DNA of 64,000 bases, taken from assembly GCF_004010195.1 (NCBI RefSeq), contig NC_057719.1:87257317-87321316 (forward strand), given 5' to 3'. Numbering within the stretch: the stretch's first letter is position 1; the number at the start of each line of letters is the position of its first letter. This stretch comes from Chiloscyllium plagiosum. Its lineage: Eukaryota. The position numbers were made by a program, and so were the translations under genes. A model generated the notes under the pieces. It saw only the letters and a list, made by a program, of their open reading frames with translations, ran no database searches and was not told the origin of the DNA. This document shows, piece after piece, positions 1-10,699 of this stretch.

Positions 1-296
1 CATGTTTATAGTCAAAGTGCTGCATTGGTTAGCTACTCACATTGCAGAATGGGCAATTGGAGAATTCTCTCGCTCTCTCTCCCCCCCCACCCCCACCTTC
101 AGCTGGAATAGAAGGATTTATAAGAGGTCCTGGGGCAGGATTTGAAACCAGAGCTTCTGGTCTAGAGGTAAGAATGATACACACTGCCCACAAGATCTCC
201 CAGGGAGAGAATGAATTCCTTCAAAGTACTTCTTCCGATCTATGAATATCACAATCAGCTACAGGGTCAAAGTGTAGTGTAGTCATTGCTATAATG

Positions 297-764
297 CTGT
301 GGTTCTGTTCGCCGAGCTGGAAGTTTTTGTTGCAAACGTTTCGTCCCCTGTCTAGNNNNNNNNNNNNNNNNNNNNNNNNNNNNNNNNNNNNNNNNNNNNN
401 NNNNNNTCATGTTGCTTGTCATCTGCGTGTGTGGCTGGTCGTGTCGTTTCGTGGCTAGTTGATGTTCATGGATGCGGATCGTTAGCTGTCTTCCTGTTTG
501 TCCTATATAGTGTTTTGTGCAGTCCTTGCATGGGATTTTGTACACTACGTTAGTTTTGCTCATGCTGGGTATCAGGTCCTTCGCTCTGGTGAGTTGTTGT
601 CTGACGGTGGCTGTTGGTTTGTGTGCTGTTATAAGTCCTAGTGGTCGCAGTAGTCTGGCTGTCACCTAGACAGGGGACGAAACGTTTGCAACAAAAACTT
701 CCAGCTCGGCGAACAGAACCACAGCAATGAGCACCCGAGCTACAAATCTTCTCACAAACTTTGA
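297..764 (-). mobile_element. Penelope-like retroelement 3' fragment (GIY-YIG endonuclease C-terminus) with inverted pseudo-LTR copy; interrupted by N gap
   Basis: Minus ORF contains KTNVVYKIPCKDCTKHYIGQTGRQLTIRIHEH (PLE GIY-YIG motif). 297-355 is the reverse complement of ~666-725. 14-bp TSD tcattgctataatg at 283-296 and 765-778. Confidence 0.88.
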
Positions 765-789
765 TCATTGCTATAATGTCTAGAAACAC

Positions 790-1410
790 AGAAGCTAAGT
801 TACACACAGCAAGATACCCCAATATAACACTGATAGAAGAAATGGTCTGTTTTAGTGAAGTTATTTGAAGGATTAAGTATTGGCCAGGTGAATATCCTTG
901 CTTCATATAAATCATAAAATCCCTACAGTTTGGAAACAGGCCATTTTTGCCTAACAAGTCCAACTGACCCTCCGAAGAGCATCCCACCCAAACCCATTCC
1001 CCATTACTCTACATTTCCCATGACTAATGTGCCTAACCTACACATCCCTGAACATATGGGCAATTTAACATGGCCAATTCACCGAACCTGTACATCTTTG
1101 GACTGTGGGAGGAAACCAGAGCACCCAGAGGAAACCCACACAGACATGTGGAGAATGTGCTAAAATCCACACAGTCACCTGAGGCTAGAATTGAACTGGA
1201 GTCCTGGCACTGTGAGGTGGCAGTGCTAACCACTGAGCCACTGTGTAGCCTTGTTCTTCTTCCAAAATGTTGTGGGGTTACCTGACAGCTGCTTGAGAGG
1301 GAAGACTGGGCAGGGTTTGATCTTTCAGCTTTAAGATGGCACCTATGGCAGTGCATTGTGGGCTTAAATGTCTGGACTGAGAATTGATGCCACAATCTTT
1401 AGACTCGGTC
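790..1410 (-). mobile_element. Old Deu-domain-type SINE (SacSINE1/AmnSINE-like), split by an HE1 SINE insertion
   Basis: 790-908 and 1250-1410 together resemble the reverse complement of the Deu-SINE copies at 10700 and 27545. Confidence 0.5.
909..1250 (-). mobile_element. HE1-type tRNA-derived V-SINE
   Basis: Reverse complement of the tRNA-like head gtggctcagtggttagcactgc, V-domain and CR1-like tail ctgtttccaaactgtagggatt. Confidence 0.9.
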
Positions 1411-1924
1411 AAGAGTGATCAGACAAGTCCATGCTCTCGTTACTCAAACATCTGACCGTGATTAAGGGCATTCCTTTCTAGTTTCACCTCTTGTCCACAA
1501 TCTATCTCTCCATTGCCTTGATGTCCACAGGACAAAATTGTTTGCCCATCAGGTCTTTTCCTGTTTGTCAAATTTGAATGCTTGTATTATAAGGTGCCTA
1601 AACTGGACTTCATGTGTACCTGTGTCCCAGCCTATAGGAACAAAGAGTTCAATCAATGTAATGCAAAATCCGCAGGGCAGAAAAAGACCCCTTCTACCCA
1701 ATTAGAGAGTGAGTTGACAGCTTTCAGTCAGCCCCTAGGCCTTCCTAGCTCAGGAAGACCGCTAGACGGCAGTGTAGCAGGAGGACACGCAGTGGTGGCC
1801 AGCCATTGAGTATCCTGCCAGGTCCACCCCATCTCCAGCCCAGGGCTCTGGCTTCCACACATTTGGCCTGGGGATATCAGACCACAGTTCAGCCGAAGCA
1901 GCCAAACAAGCTCAGTTTTGAACC

Positions 1925-2703
1925 AGCAGTTATTTAACTGCAATGAACTGTGCAACATGGTTGTCAATGTCACCAAAATGAAAGAAGTGGTCATTGACTT
2001 CAGCAAGCAAGATGGAGGGCACACCCCTGTCTACATTAATGTTGCTGAGGCAGAAATAGTCAAGACCATCAAGTTCCTCAGAGTGATGATCACCAACAAT
2101 CTGTCCAAGTTCACCTATGTTGATGCTACAGTCAAGAAAGCACAACAACACCTCTACTTTCTCAGGAGGCTAAGGAAATTCAGCATGTCCATAAAGACTC
2201 TTACCAATTTTTATAGATGCACCATAGAAAGCATCCTATCTGAATGCATCACAGCTTGGTACGGCAACTGCTCTGCCCAGGATTGTAAAAAACTACAGAA
2301 AGTTGTGAACACAGCCCAGTCCATCACGCAAGCCAACCTTCCATCCATTGACACCATGTACACTTCTCCCTACCAACATTATCAAAGACCCTCCCACCTA
2401 GTTTTAATCTCATCCAACCTCTTTTGTCAGGTAGAAGATACAAAAGCTTAAACATGCTTACAAACTGATTCAAGAACAGCTTCTTCCTCACTGCTACTAG
2501 ACTTCTGAGTGGACCTCTCAAATTTCAAGTATAATATTGATCTTGCTCTCTGTCCACCTTCACTGCAGCTGTAATATTGCATTCATTGCTCTGCTCTATT
2601 ACCCTAATGCACTTTGTATAGTATGGTCTGCCTGTATTACAAGCAAAACAAAACTTCTTACTGTTTCTAGGTACATATGACAATAATAAATCAAATCGAA
2701 TCA
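1925..2703 (+). mobile_element. Rex1/Babar-clade LINE 3' fragment
   Basis: ORF 1918-2451: NVTKMKEVVIDF...KKAQQHLYFLRRLRKF...FYRCTIESILSECITAWYGNCS; ends gacaataataaatcaaatc. Confidence 0.85.
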
Positions 2704-2765
2704 CTTTAACTGGTAAAAGCTGCACAGTTGGATGCAGAGAGATGCAGCATAGAGTATGAATAATA

Positions 2766-2901
2766 ATGAGCCCTTCCTGAAGAAGGGCTCATGCCCGAAA
2801 CGTTGATTCTCCTGTTCCTTGGATGCTGCCTGACCTGCTGCGCTTTTCCAGCAACACATTTTCAGCTCTGATCTCCAGCATCTGCAGTCCTCACTTTCTC
2901 C
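2766..2901 (+). mobile_element. Short Penelope pseudo-LTR-derived element beginning with a hammerhead-like core
   Basis: CTGAAGA 2777-2783, A-GGGC-TCAT-GCCC, GAAAC-GTT; 11-bp TSD tatgaataata at 2755-2765 and 2902-2912. Confidence 0.75.
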
Positions 2902-3529
2902 TATGAATAATACACCCCTCATGATCACTAATCATTAGATAGGCCGAAGAAAAAGACAAGGGAGGATTAGTGGCAGTGAACTGCCTCAAACAAACCCTTA
3001 CTCCGTGCCACACTCTGGTAGAGGTACCACGGTGACAATCAGTGACAACAACCTGGTGTTTCCTCACTGTGTGGGGAGTATCAAAAACAGAATTAGTCTG
3101 GGCGTGGCTTTTCTGACCCAGTTGGCTGAGACTGGCAATGGGTGACATAGGAGTGGACGTGGTGAAAGTGGCACAGAGAAACGTCCGAGGGAAGTAAATC
3201 AATTATTTAATCGAGCTAGTTTCCGTTCATTAAACAGCAGAAGGGAAAGCTGACCCACCACTGTTCTAAACAGTTCTTCGTTTTGCTCCCTCTTTAATTG
3301 ACACATTATGTGGTCAGGGTCTGGCAGTGCCATGTTTGCCAATGAACACCAAATTAGGTACCTATCACCTTGCCACTGGCCTCGTTTCTCTGCTGTATTT
3401 CTGTGTCATTTGAAGGACATGGCTTGTTGACTTGGACTGCCATGGCAACAGAAAGGGAGAAGGATTGAGTTGCAGCAATGTGTATTGGCTAGGAGTTAAC
3501 ATTATGCTGTAAAGCAGACTGTAGCAACT

Positions 3530-4372
3530 CATAGTAACATTTCAAATAATAACATTTTCCTCAATATAACATTCTCTTTATAATACCATACCTCATCTAA
3601 TAACATACCCCTCATAATAACACATCCCCTTCATAATTACATATGAGGGATGTGTTATTATGAGGTGTGTGTTATTATGAGGAGTATGTTATTATGAGGA
3701 GTGTATTATTGTGAGGGTTACATTATTATGATATCTGTATTATTATGAGGGATATGATATTATAAGGATACATTATTACAAGGGGCATGTGAATAATACA
3801 AGGGTGTATTATTATCAATGGGTACGCTATTTTCTGGGGTATGTTATTATAAAGAGAATATTATTTTGAGGAGTATTTTGAATAGCACACCCCTCACAAT
3901 AACACATCATTCACAATAACACACTCCTCATAATAACACACCCCTCCTAATAATGTACCCTCATAATAACATACCCCTCACAATAAAACACCCCTCACAA
4001 TAACACACCCCTCATAATAGTACACTCCTGATGATAACACACTCCCCATAACAGCACACCCCTCATAATAACACACCCCTCACAATAACACACCCCTCAT
4101 AATGACACACCACTGATAATTACACACTCCTCATAATAGTGCACACCTCATAATAGCACACTCCTTGTAATAACACACCCCTCAAAACAATACACTTCTC
4201 ATAATAACACATCCCCCATAATAACATACCCCACATGATAACATAACCCTCATAATAATACACCGCTTCATAATTACATACCCTTCATAATGACATATCC
4301 TCATAATATCATATCCTTCATAACACATCCCTCATAATAATGTAACCCTCACAATAATGCACTCTTCATAAT
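3530..4372. repeat. Degenerate ~17-19 bp minisatellite (cataataacacacccct) with an internal inverted block
   Basis: Forward units at ~3575-3640 and ~3880-4372; reverse-complement units (gaggggtgtgttattat) at ~3643-3880. Confidence 0.9.
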
Positions 4373-4430
4373 AAGGATTTGATAGGGATGATACAATAAA
4401 ACTAGGAGCAGGAGCAGGAGTGGGCCATTC

Positions 4431-4559
4431 CTAATGAAGGGCTTTTGTCCGAAACGTCGATTTTCCTGCTCCTCGGATGCTGCCTGACCTGCTGTGCTTT
4501 TCCAGCACCACTCTAGTCTTGACTCTAATCTCCAGCATCTACAGTATCCACTTCCACCT
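4431..4559 (+). mobile_element. Short Penelope pseudo-LTR-derived element (hammerhead core mutated to CTAATGA)
   Basis: Same family as 7690-7812; 21-bp TSD aggagcaggagtgggccattc at 4410-4430 and 4560-4580. Confidence 0.8.
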
Positions 4560-4627
4560 AGGAGCAGGAGTGGGCCATTCAACCTTTCAGGCTTGCTGTC
4601 CCATTCAATTTGGTCGTGGCTGATCAC

Positions 4628-4944
4628 GCGGCATGGTGGCACAGTGATTAGCACTGCTGCCTCACCGCACCAGAGACCTGGGATCAATTCCTGCCTTGGG
4701 CGACTGTCTTTGTGGAGTTTGCACATTCTCCCCGTGTCTGTGTGGGTTTCCTCCGGGTGCTCCGGTTTCCTTCCACAGCCCAAAGATGTGCAGGTTAGGT
4801 GAATTGGCCATGCTAAATTGCCCATAGTTTTAGGTGAAGGGGTAAACGTAGGGGAATGGGTCTGAGTGGGTTGCTCTTCGGAGGGTCGGTGTGGACTTGT
4901 TGGGCCGAAGGGCCTGTTTCCACACTGTAGGGAATCTAATCTAA
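4628..4944 (+). mobile_element. HE1-type V-SINE
   Basis: tRNA-like head, body ctgtgtggagtttgcacattctccccgtg-like, tail ggaatctaatctaa. Confidence 0.9.
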
Positions 4945-5164
4945 CTCCAGGAAGGAATCTTACCTCTCTGGTGCCAGAGTTGTTGTAGGACATTCTTTGT
5001 GGGGATGGTGAAACGCCAGCAAGTTAGTTGTCTATGTTGGTATCAAAAGCATAGGTAGGAAGGGAGGGGTGGTCCTGCAATCAGAATTTGCAGAACTCCT
5101 TTAAAGAGTGGCAATGTTGTACTCTTTGGATTACTTCCAATGCCATGTGACAAGACAATGAATA

Positions 5165-5636
5165 CAGAGTCATAGAGATGTACAGCACGGAAACAGACCC
5201 TGTAGTCCATACTGACCAGATAGCCTAACATAATTTATTCCCATTTGCCAGCATTTGGCCCATGTCCCTCTAAACCTTGCGTATTCATATACCCATCCAG
5301 ATGCCTTTTAAATGTAATTGTACCAGATTCCACCACTTCCTCTTGCAGCTCACTCCACACACGCACCATCCTCTGCATGAAAAGGTTGCCCTTAGTTCCC
5401 TTTTAAATTTTACCCCTCTCACCCTAAACCAATGGCCTCTAGTTCTGGACGCCCCCACTCCCAGGGAAAAGACCTTGTCTTATCCACGCCCCTCAAGATT
5501 TTATAAACCTCTATGAGATCACCCCTCAGCGTCCGATGCTCCAGGAAAAATAGCCCCAGCCTATTCAGCCTCTCTAAATAGCTCAAATCCTCCAACCCTG
5601 GCAACATCCTTGTAAATTTCTTTTGAATCCTTTCAA
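5165..5636 (-). mobile_element. CR1 (HER1-like) LINE 3' fragment
   Basis: Minus [50 protein letters not shown]; ctctatgactct tail. Confidence 0.9.
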
Positions 5637-5639
5637 AGA

Positions 5640-6060
5640 TGGTGCACAAGGGAGGGGTTTAGTTTCCTAGGGCACTGGGACTTGCTCGGGGATGAATTGC
5701 CACTGTACAAGCCAGAAACATTGCATCTAAATGAGAGCAAGGAATTGCTTTGGAGTGAGAGGTATTTTGCTACTGCAAAGGCTTTTAACTAAATTGGCAG
5801 GCATGTGGGAACCAGGAGTGTATGTTGGAGCGTAATACCAGGATGCATGAAACTCTAGGACAGACAGATAGCATTAGAATAATGAGCTAAAAAGTGGAAT
5901 TGCAGAAAGGAAGGGAGTTGAAATTCAGACTCACCCTGAATTTGAGTGCACAGAGTGTAGTCAATAAGATTGATGAAATAGAGGTGCAGACTTCCATGTG
6001 GAAATATGATATGACAGAGATCTGGCTCAAGACATGGGACTGGGGCTAAATATTCCACAA
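5640..6060 (+). mobile_element. Decayed CR1 ORF1 (esterase-like) / ORF2 start remnant
   Basis: Translates in pieces to GFSFLGHWD...LYKPETLHLN, resembling the CR1 ORF1 SGNH region. Confidence 0.45.
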
Positions 6061-6099
6061 AACAAGACGTTCACAAAACATTGGACTACTAAGCGATGT

Positions 6100-6690
6100 A
6101 TTGTCCCAGATGGTGTCAAGCTTCTTAGAATATTCCATCACACTCCTGACTTGTAGATGTTGGACAGGCTTTGGGGAGTCAGAGATGAGTTACTCATCAC
6201 AGTAGTCCTAGCCTCTGACCTGCTCTTATAGCTACTGTAGTTATGTGGCGAGTCCAGTTCAGTTTCTGGTCAATAGTAACCCCAGGGATTCAGTGATGGT
6301 AACACCATTGAAAGGTTAGAATGTTTCTTATTGGAGATGGTCATTGTCTGGCACTTCTGTGGGACACATGTAACTTGCTGCTTAACAGTGAAAGCCTGGA
6401 TATTGTCCGGATCTTGTTATATTTGAGGATGGACTGCCTCAGTACCTGAGGAGGTGTGAACGGTGCCAAACATTGTGCAATCATTAGCGAACATCACCAC
6501 TCTGACCTTTTAATGGAAGGAAGGTCATTGATGAAGGAGCTGAAGGTGGTTGGGCCTTGGACATCACCCAAAAGAACTCTTGCAGAGATATCCGGGAGCT
6601 GAGATGACTGATGTCTAACAACTAAAACCATCTATGTGCGCGGTATGACTCCAACCAGTGGAGAGTGTGTCCCCTGACACCCATTGATTC
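6100..6690 (-). mobile_element. Second CR1-like LINE family, RT fragment
   Basis: Reverse complement matches copies at 16645, 31555 and 40535 (acaagtcaggagtgtgatggaata motif). Confidence 0.75.
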
Positions 6691-6693
6691 TAG

Positions 6694-7812
6694 GAGTCTC
6701 CCCACATACGTTCGAGACACCACCCACGCCCTCCACCTCCTCCAAGACTTCTGTTTCCCCGGCCCCCAACACCTCATCTTCACCATGGATATCCAATCCC
6801 TCTACACCTCCATCCACCATGACCAGAGCCTCCAAGCCCTCCGTTTTTTCCNNNNNNNNNNNNNNNNNNNNNNNNNNNNNNNNNNNNNNNNNNNNNNNNN
6901 NNNNNNNNNNNNNNNNNNNNNNNNNNNNNNNNNNNNNNNNNNNNNNNNNNNNNNNNNNNNNNNNNNNNNNNNNNNNNNNNNNNNNNNNNNNNNNNNNNNN
7001 NNNNNNNNNNNNNNNNNNNNNNNNNNNNNNNNNNNNNNNNNNNNNNNNNNNNNNNNNNNNNNNNNNNNNNNNNNNNNNNNNNNNNNNNNNNNNNNNNNNN
7101 NNNNNNNNNNNNNNNNNNNNNNNNNNNNNNNNNNNNNNNNNNNNNNNNNNNNNNNNNNNNNNNNNNNNNNNNNNNNNNNNNNNNNNNNNNNNNNNNNNNN
7201 NNNNNNNNNNNNNNNNNNNNNNNNNNNNNNNNNNNNNNNNNNNNNNNNNNNNNNNNNNNNNNNNNNNNNNNNNNNNNNNNNNNNNNNNNNNNNNNNNNNN
7301 NNNNNNNNNNNNNNNNNNNNNNNNNNNNNNNNNNNNNNNNNNNNNNNNNNNNNNNNNNNNNNNNNNNNNNNNNNNNNNNNNNNNNNNNNNNNNNNNNNNN
7401 NNNNNNNNNNNNNNNNNNNNNNNNNNNNNNNNNNNNNNNNNNNNNNNNNNNNNNNNNNNNNNNNNNNNNNNNNNNNNNNNNNNNNNNNNNNNNNNNNNNN
7501 NNNNNNNNNNNNNNNNNNNNNNNNNNNNNNNNNNNNNNNNNNNNNNNNNNNNNNNNNNNNNNNNNNNNNNNNNNNNNNNNNNNNNNNNNNNNNNNNNNNN
7601 NNNNNNNNNNNNNNNNNNNNNNNNNNNNNNNNNNNNNNNNNNNCTCCTCTAGCTTATCTCTCCACGCTTCAGGCTCACTGCCTTTATTCCTGATGAAGGG
7701 CTTTTGCCCGAAACGTCGATTTTACTGCTCCTCGGATGCTGCCTGAACTGCTGTGCTCTTCCAGCACCACTGATCCAGAATCTGGTTTCCAGCATCTGCA
7801 GTCATTATTTTT
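6694..7812 (+). mobile_element. Penelope-like (Neptune-type) retroelement insertion, RT fragment plus pseudo-LTR; middle hidden by N gap
   Basis: LPTYVRDTTHALHLLQDF...IFTMDIQSLYTSI (PLE RT motif); 15-bp TSD acccattgattctag at 6679-6693 and 7813-7827. Confidence 0.88.
7686..7721 (+). ncRNA. Minimal type I hammerhead ribozyme motif in a Penelope pseudo-LTR
   Basis: ATTC-CTGATGA(7690-7696)-A-GGGC-TTTT-GCCC-GAAA(7710-7713)-C-GTC(predicted cleavage after 7717)-GATT. Helix III is reduced to the palindrome ACGT; helix I has 3 of 4 pairs. Confidence 0.7.
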
Positions 7813-8564
7813 ACCCATTGATTCTAGAATTTCTAAAGCTACCAGTAGGTGTTACATGCCCTTTATCATCTTAAAATGAAGACATGACAGATTGTCTGGG
7901 TCATATGCAGCTGCATGTGTTTTCAGCTCCATTACGCATCTATTGACAATATCACTGTAGTGATATGGTGATACTGGTTTCCTGCTCTCCACCAGGCCCA
8001 GCACCCACTGTGAGCTGAAGAGATGCCAGGGGAGGAATTCCCATCGACATTGGTGGCATTACCGACAGTTCGTGCTTCATAAGGCTGCGGCAATTCACAC
8101 CCACTGTGTCACCGAGTCTGTCCCTATGGGGAGGGGGGATTGACAGAAGAGAAACTCTCTCTTACAGAACAGGAGCCCAGTTGCATTGGACTGCTTGCAC
8201 TTGGTTAGCTCCAGAGAAATAAACAACTGATTGGAAAACAGGAAGAGTAAGTGAGGTCTTGACGACTCCGATATCCTTTTAGTAAAAGTGATGGCAGATC
8301 CACAAGGTGTTTGTTACGACAGTGAGTATGCAGCCCCCGGCACTAGTCCAGCAGGCTTTGCTGCTCTAGTGAGTGGAGATTCTGATTTACACACAACAAA
8401 AGGTCTGAATTTCCAGAGAAACTGGTAAACAATCTCGTTTCCCCTCTGCTGACAGAGTCCTGACCTTATAGCTGACTTTTGCCGCTTGGTGCAGCTGCTA
8501 GGATGTGACTGAGGCCCTGTCGCCCTTGCACAGAAAAGCAATATTCAAAGGCCTGGCCCGAAAG

Positions 8565-9015
8565 TAGGAAATGGGAGTAGGCTGTTCGGCCCTTCCCCTT
8601 CGAGTCTGCTTGGCCATTCAATGCAATCATGGCCGATCCTCTATCTCAATGTCATGTTCCCACATTTTCCGCTTACTTATTGATGCTTTTAAAAATCTAT
8701 AAAGTGTATCTGTCTTTATCTTGAATATACTTAGTGATCTGGCCTTCTGTGGTAGAGAATTCCACAGGTTCACAACGCTTTGAATGAAGACATTTTCCTC
8801 ATCTCAATTCTAAATAGTCTACTCCGTATCATGAAAATGTATCCCCTGGTTCTCGACTCCCCAACCAAGGAAAGCATCTTTCTTGTCTCTAGCCTGGTCA
8901 TCCCTGTTAGAATTCTCTACGTTTCAATCAGATCCCCCTCTCATCCTTCTAAACTCTAGTGAATACAGGCCCAGTCAAACCAAACTCTCTTCAGAGGGAA
9001 GTCTTGCTATCTCCG
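8565..9015 (-). mobile_element. Older CR1 LINE 3' fragment
   Basis: Reverse complement of the CR1 3' end (gagtttagaaggatgagagggggatctgattgaaac; tail ggcctactcc). Confidence 0.75.
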
Positions 9016-9351
9016 GTTTGGTCAGGATGTGTAAAATGCCTGCACAAAGGGCCATTCCTGTGTGTTGTCATTCTTTGACATGGGCTGGCATTTGATATGT
9101 TTGTTGCGATTATCCTTTGGTTACAAAACAGTATTAAGTGTCACATTCGATGTGTACAGTACACAAGACTGAATGGCTAGGGTACACAGTACAGGGGTGG
9201 AAGTGGGGGGAGCATTGACACTGTTGGAGGTGGATCACCCTGCAGTGGCCCCCTCCTCGGCACCATGATGGAGTCACCAAATAAGTACCGTTTGAGGACA
9301 ATTAATGTGGGATTCGTTCTCTGTCTCCTGAACTTGGAGAGATCTGCACTC

Positions 9352-9479
9352 GGGGAGAAAGTGAGGTCTGCAGATGCTGGAGATCAGAGCTGAAAATGTG
9401 TTGCTGGAAAAGCGCAGCAGGTCAGGCAGCATCCAGGGAACAGGAGAATCGACGTTTCGGGCATAAGCCCTTCTTCAGG
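9352..9479 (-). mobile_element. Short Penelope pseudo-LTR-derived element with intact hammerhead core
   Basis: Minus strand CTGAAGA-A-GGGC-TTAT-GCCC-GAAAC-GTC (9478 to 9451); 13-bp TSD gagatctgcactc at 9339-9351 and 9480-9492. Confidence 0.8.
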
Positions 9480-9932
9480 GAGATCTGCACTCCCTTCACC
9501 TGATGCTGAGGGGACATGAATCAAAGCCAAACCAAGTGGGTGCAGTCCAGTCCTGGGCGGTCTGCGAGCCAACATTGTCCACTCCATCATTCCCACAATG
9601 GTAACTCCCCCCTGGGCCTTTGATTGATGGATGGACTGTTGCACAGAGTTGGTGGGGGGGGGGGTGGAGTGTTGGGTGAGTGTTGTGGAAGATGTAAGGG
9701 ATTGTTGGACCTGTGGGGCAGGATGCAATGGAGGGGTGTACGTGTGTGGAAAGGAATAGATCCTGGAATTCTTAAACACCTGAGGAGTGAATCATTGCAG
9801 GGTTACAGTGGGGGAGGGGTGGAACAAATGGGTGCGGGACTGGTTGGAGAGCAGAAGCCAGCACAGGTAGCAATGAAGAGAATGGCCTCCATCCTGCGTT
9901 GTGTTATTCTATGATCAACTTTATGCCAAGTT

Positions 9933-10274
9933 GGGGTGGCACATTGCCTCAGTGGTTAGCACTGCTGCCTCACAGCGCCAGGGACTTGGGTTCGATTCCA
10001 GCTTTAGGTGACTTGTCTGTGTGGAGTTTGCACATTCTCCCCGTGTCTGCGTGGGTTTCCTCTGGGTGCTCCGGTTTCCTCCCACAATCCAACGGTGTGC
10101 AGGGTAGGTGAATTGGCCACGCTAAATTGCCCGTAGTGTTCAGCGATATATAGGTTAGGTACATTTGTCATGGAAAATGTAGAGTAATAGGGTAGGAGAA
10201 TGGGATACTCTTTGGAGGGTCGGGGTCAGCTTATTGGGCCAAATGGCCTGTTTCCACACTGTACGGATTCAATG
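9933..10274 (+). mobile_element. HE1-type V-SINE
   Basis: Full-length head, body and tail as in other copies. Confidence 0.9.
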
Positions 10275-10699
10275 ATTCAACAATGATCCTTAACATTGAA
10301 AACAGTACCCTTGCCATCTCCTCAGCCTGACATGTCATGTCCTTCCCCTCCCCTCCCCCAGACACACTTGTTGTCATTGCTGCTGATGGTATCTTCGTGT
10401 AGATATTATCCACTGTACTGTGTATAAATATTGACCAGTTCCTGAGGTGTGAGGCAAGATTCAACAGTGTATTGTATGGAAACAGACAATGTTGTGTGGA
10501 CTGTTCACAAAAGGCTTCTGAGGATTTGTTTTACCTGATTTCCCTTTTGTCACGGACTGCGTGACCCTCATTATTATCCTGAATCTCTCTCCTTGCTCTC
10601 CTCTCCATCAATTGCAGTCCATAATTTCAGTGGGACAACTCAGCGGCCCATCAGCCCTGTGGGTTCTGGGATGTCCTGCTTTGACTAAGTAGGTAGCCC

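Noticed and set aside
3002..3066. Possible 65-nt minus-strand exon (RKHQVVVTDCHRGTSTRVWHG)
   Set aside because: Splice sites are plausible, but there is no homology and its phase does not fit the other candidate exons.
4628..4700. tRNA-like sequence with A/B boxes (also at the other HE1 heads)
   Set aside because: It is the tRNA-derived head of a SINE, followed by SINE body and tail; not a tRNA gene.
6665..7693. 342-aa and 322-aa long ORFs
   Set aside because: Length is an artefact of translating through the N gap; only the PLE RT fragment before it is real.
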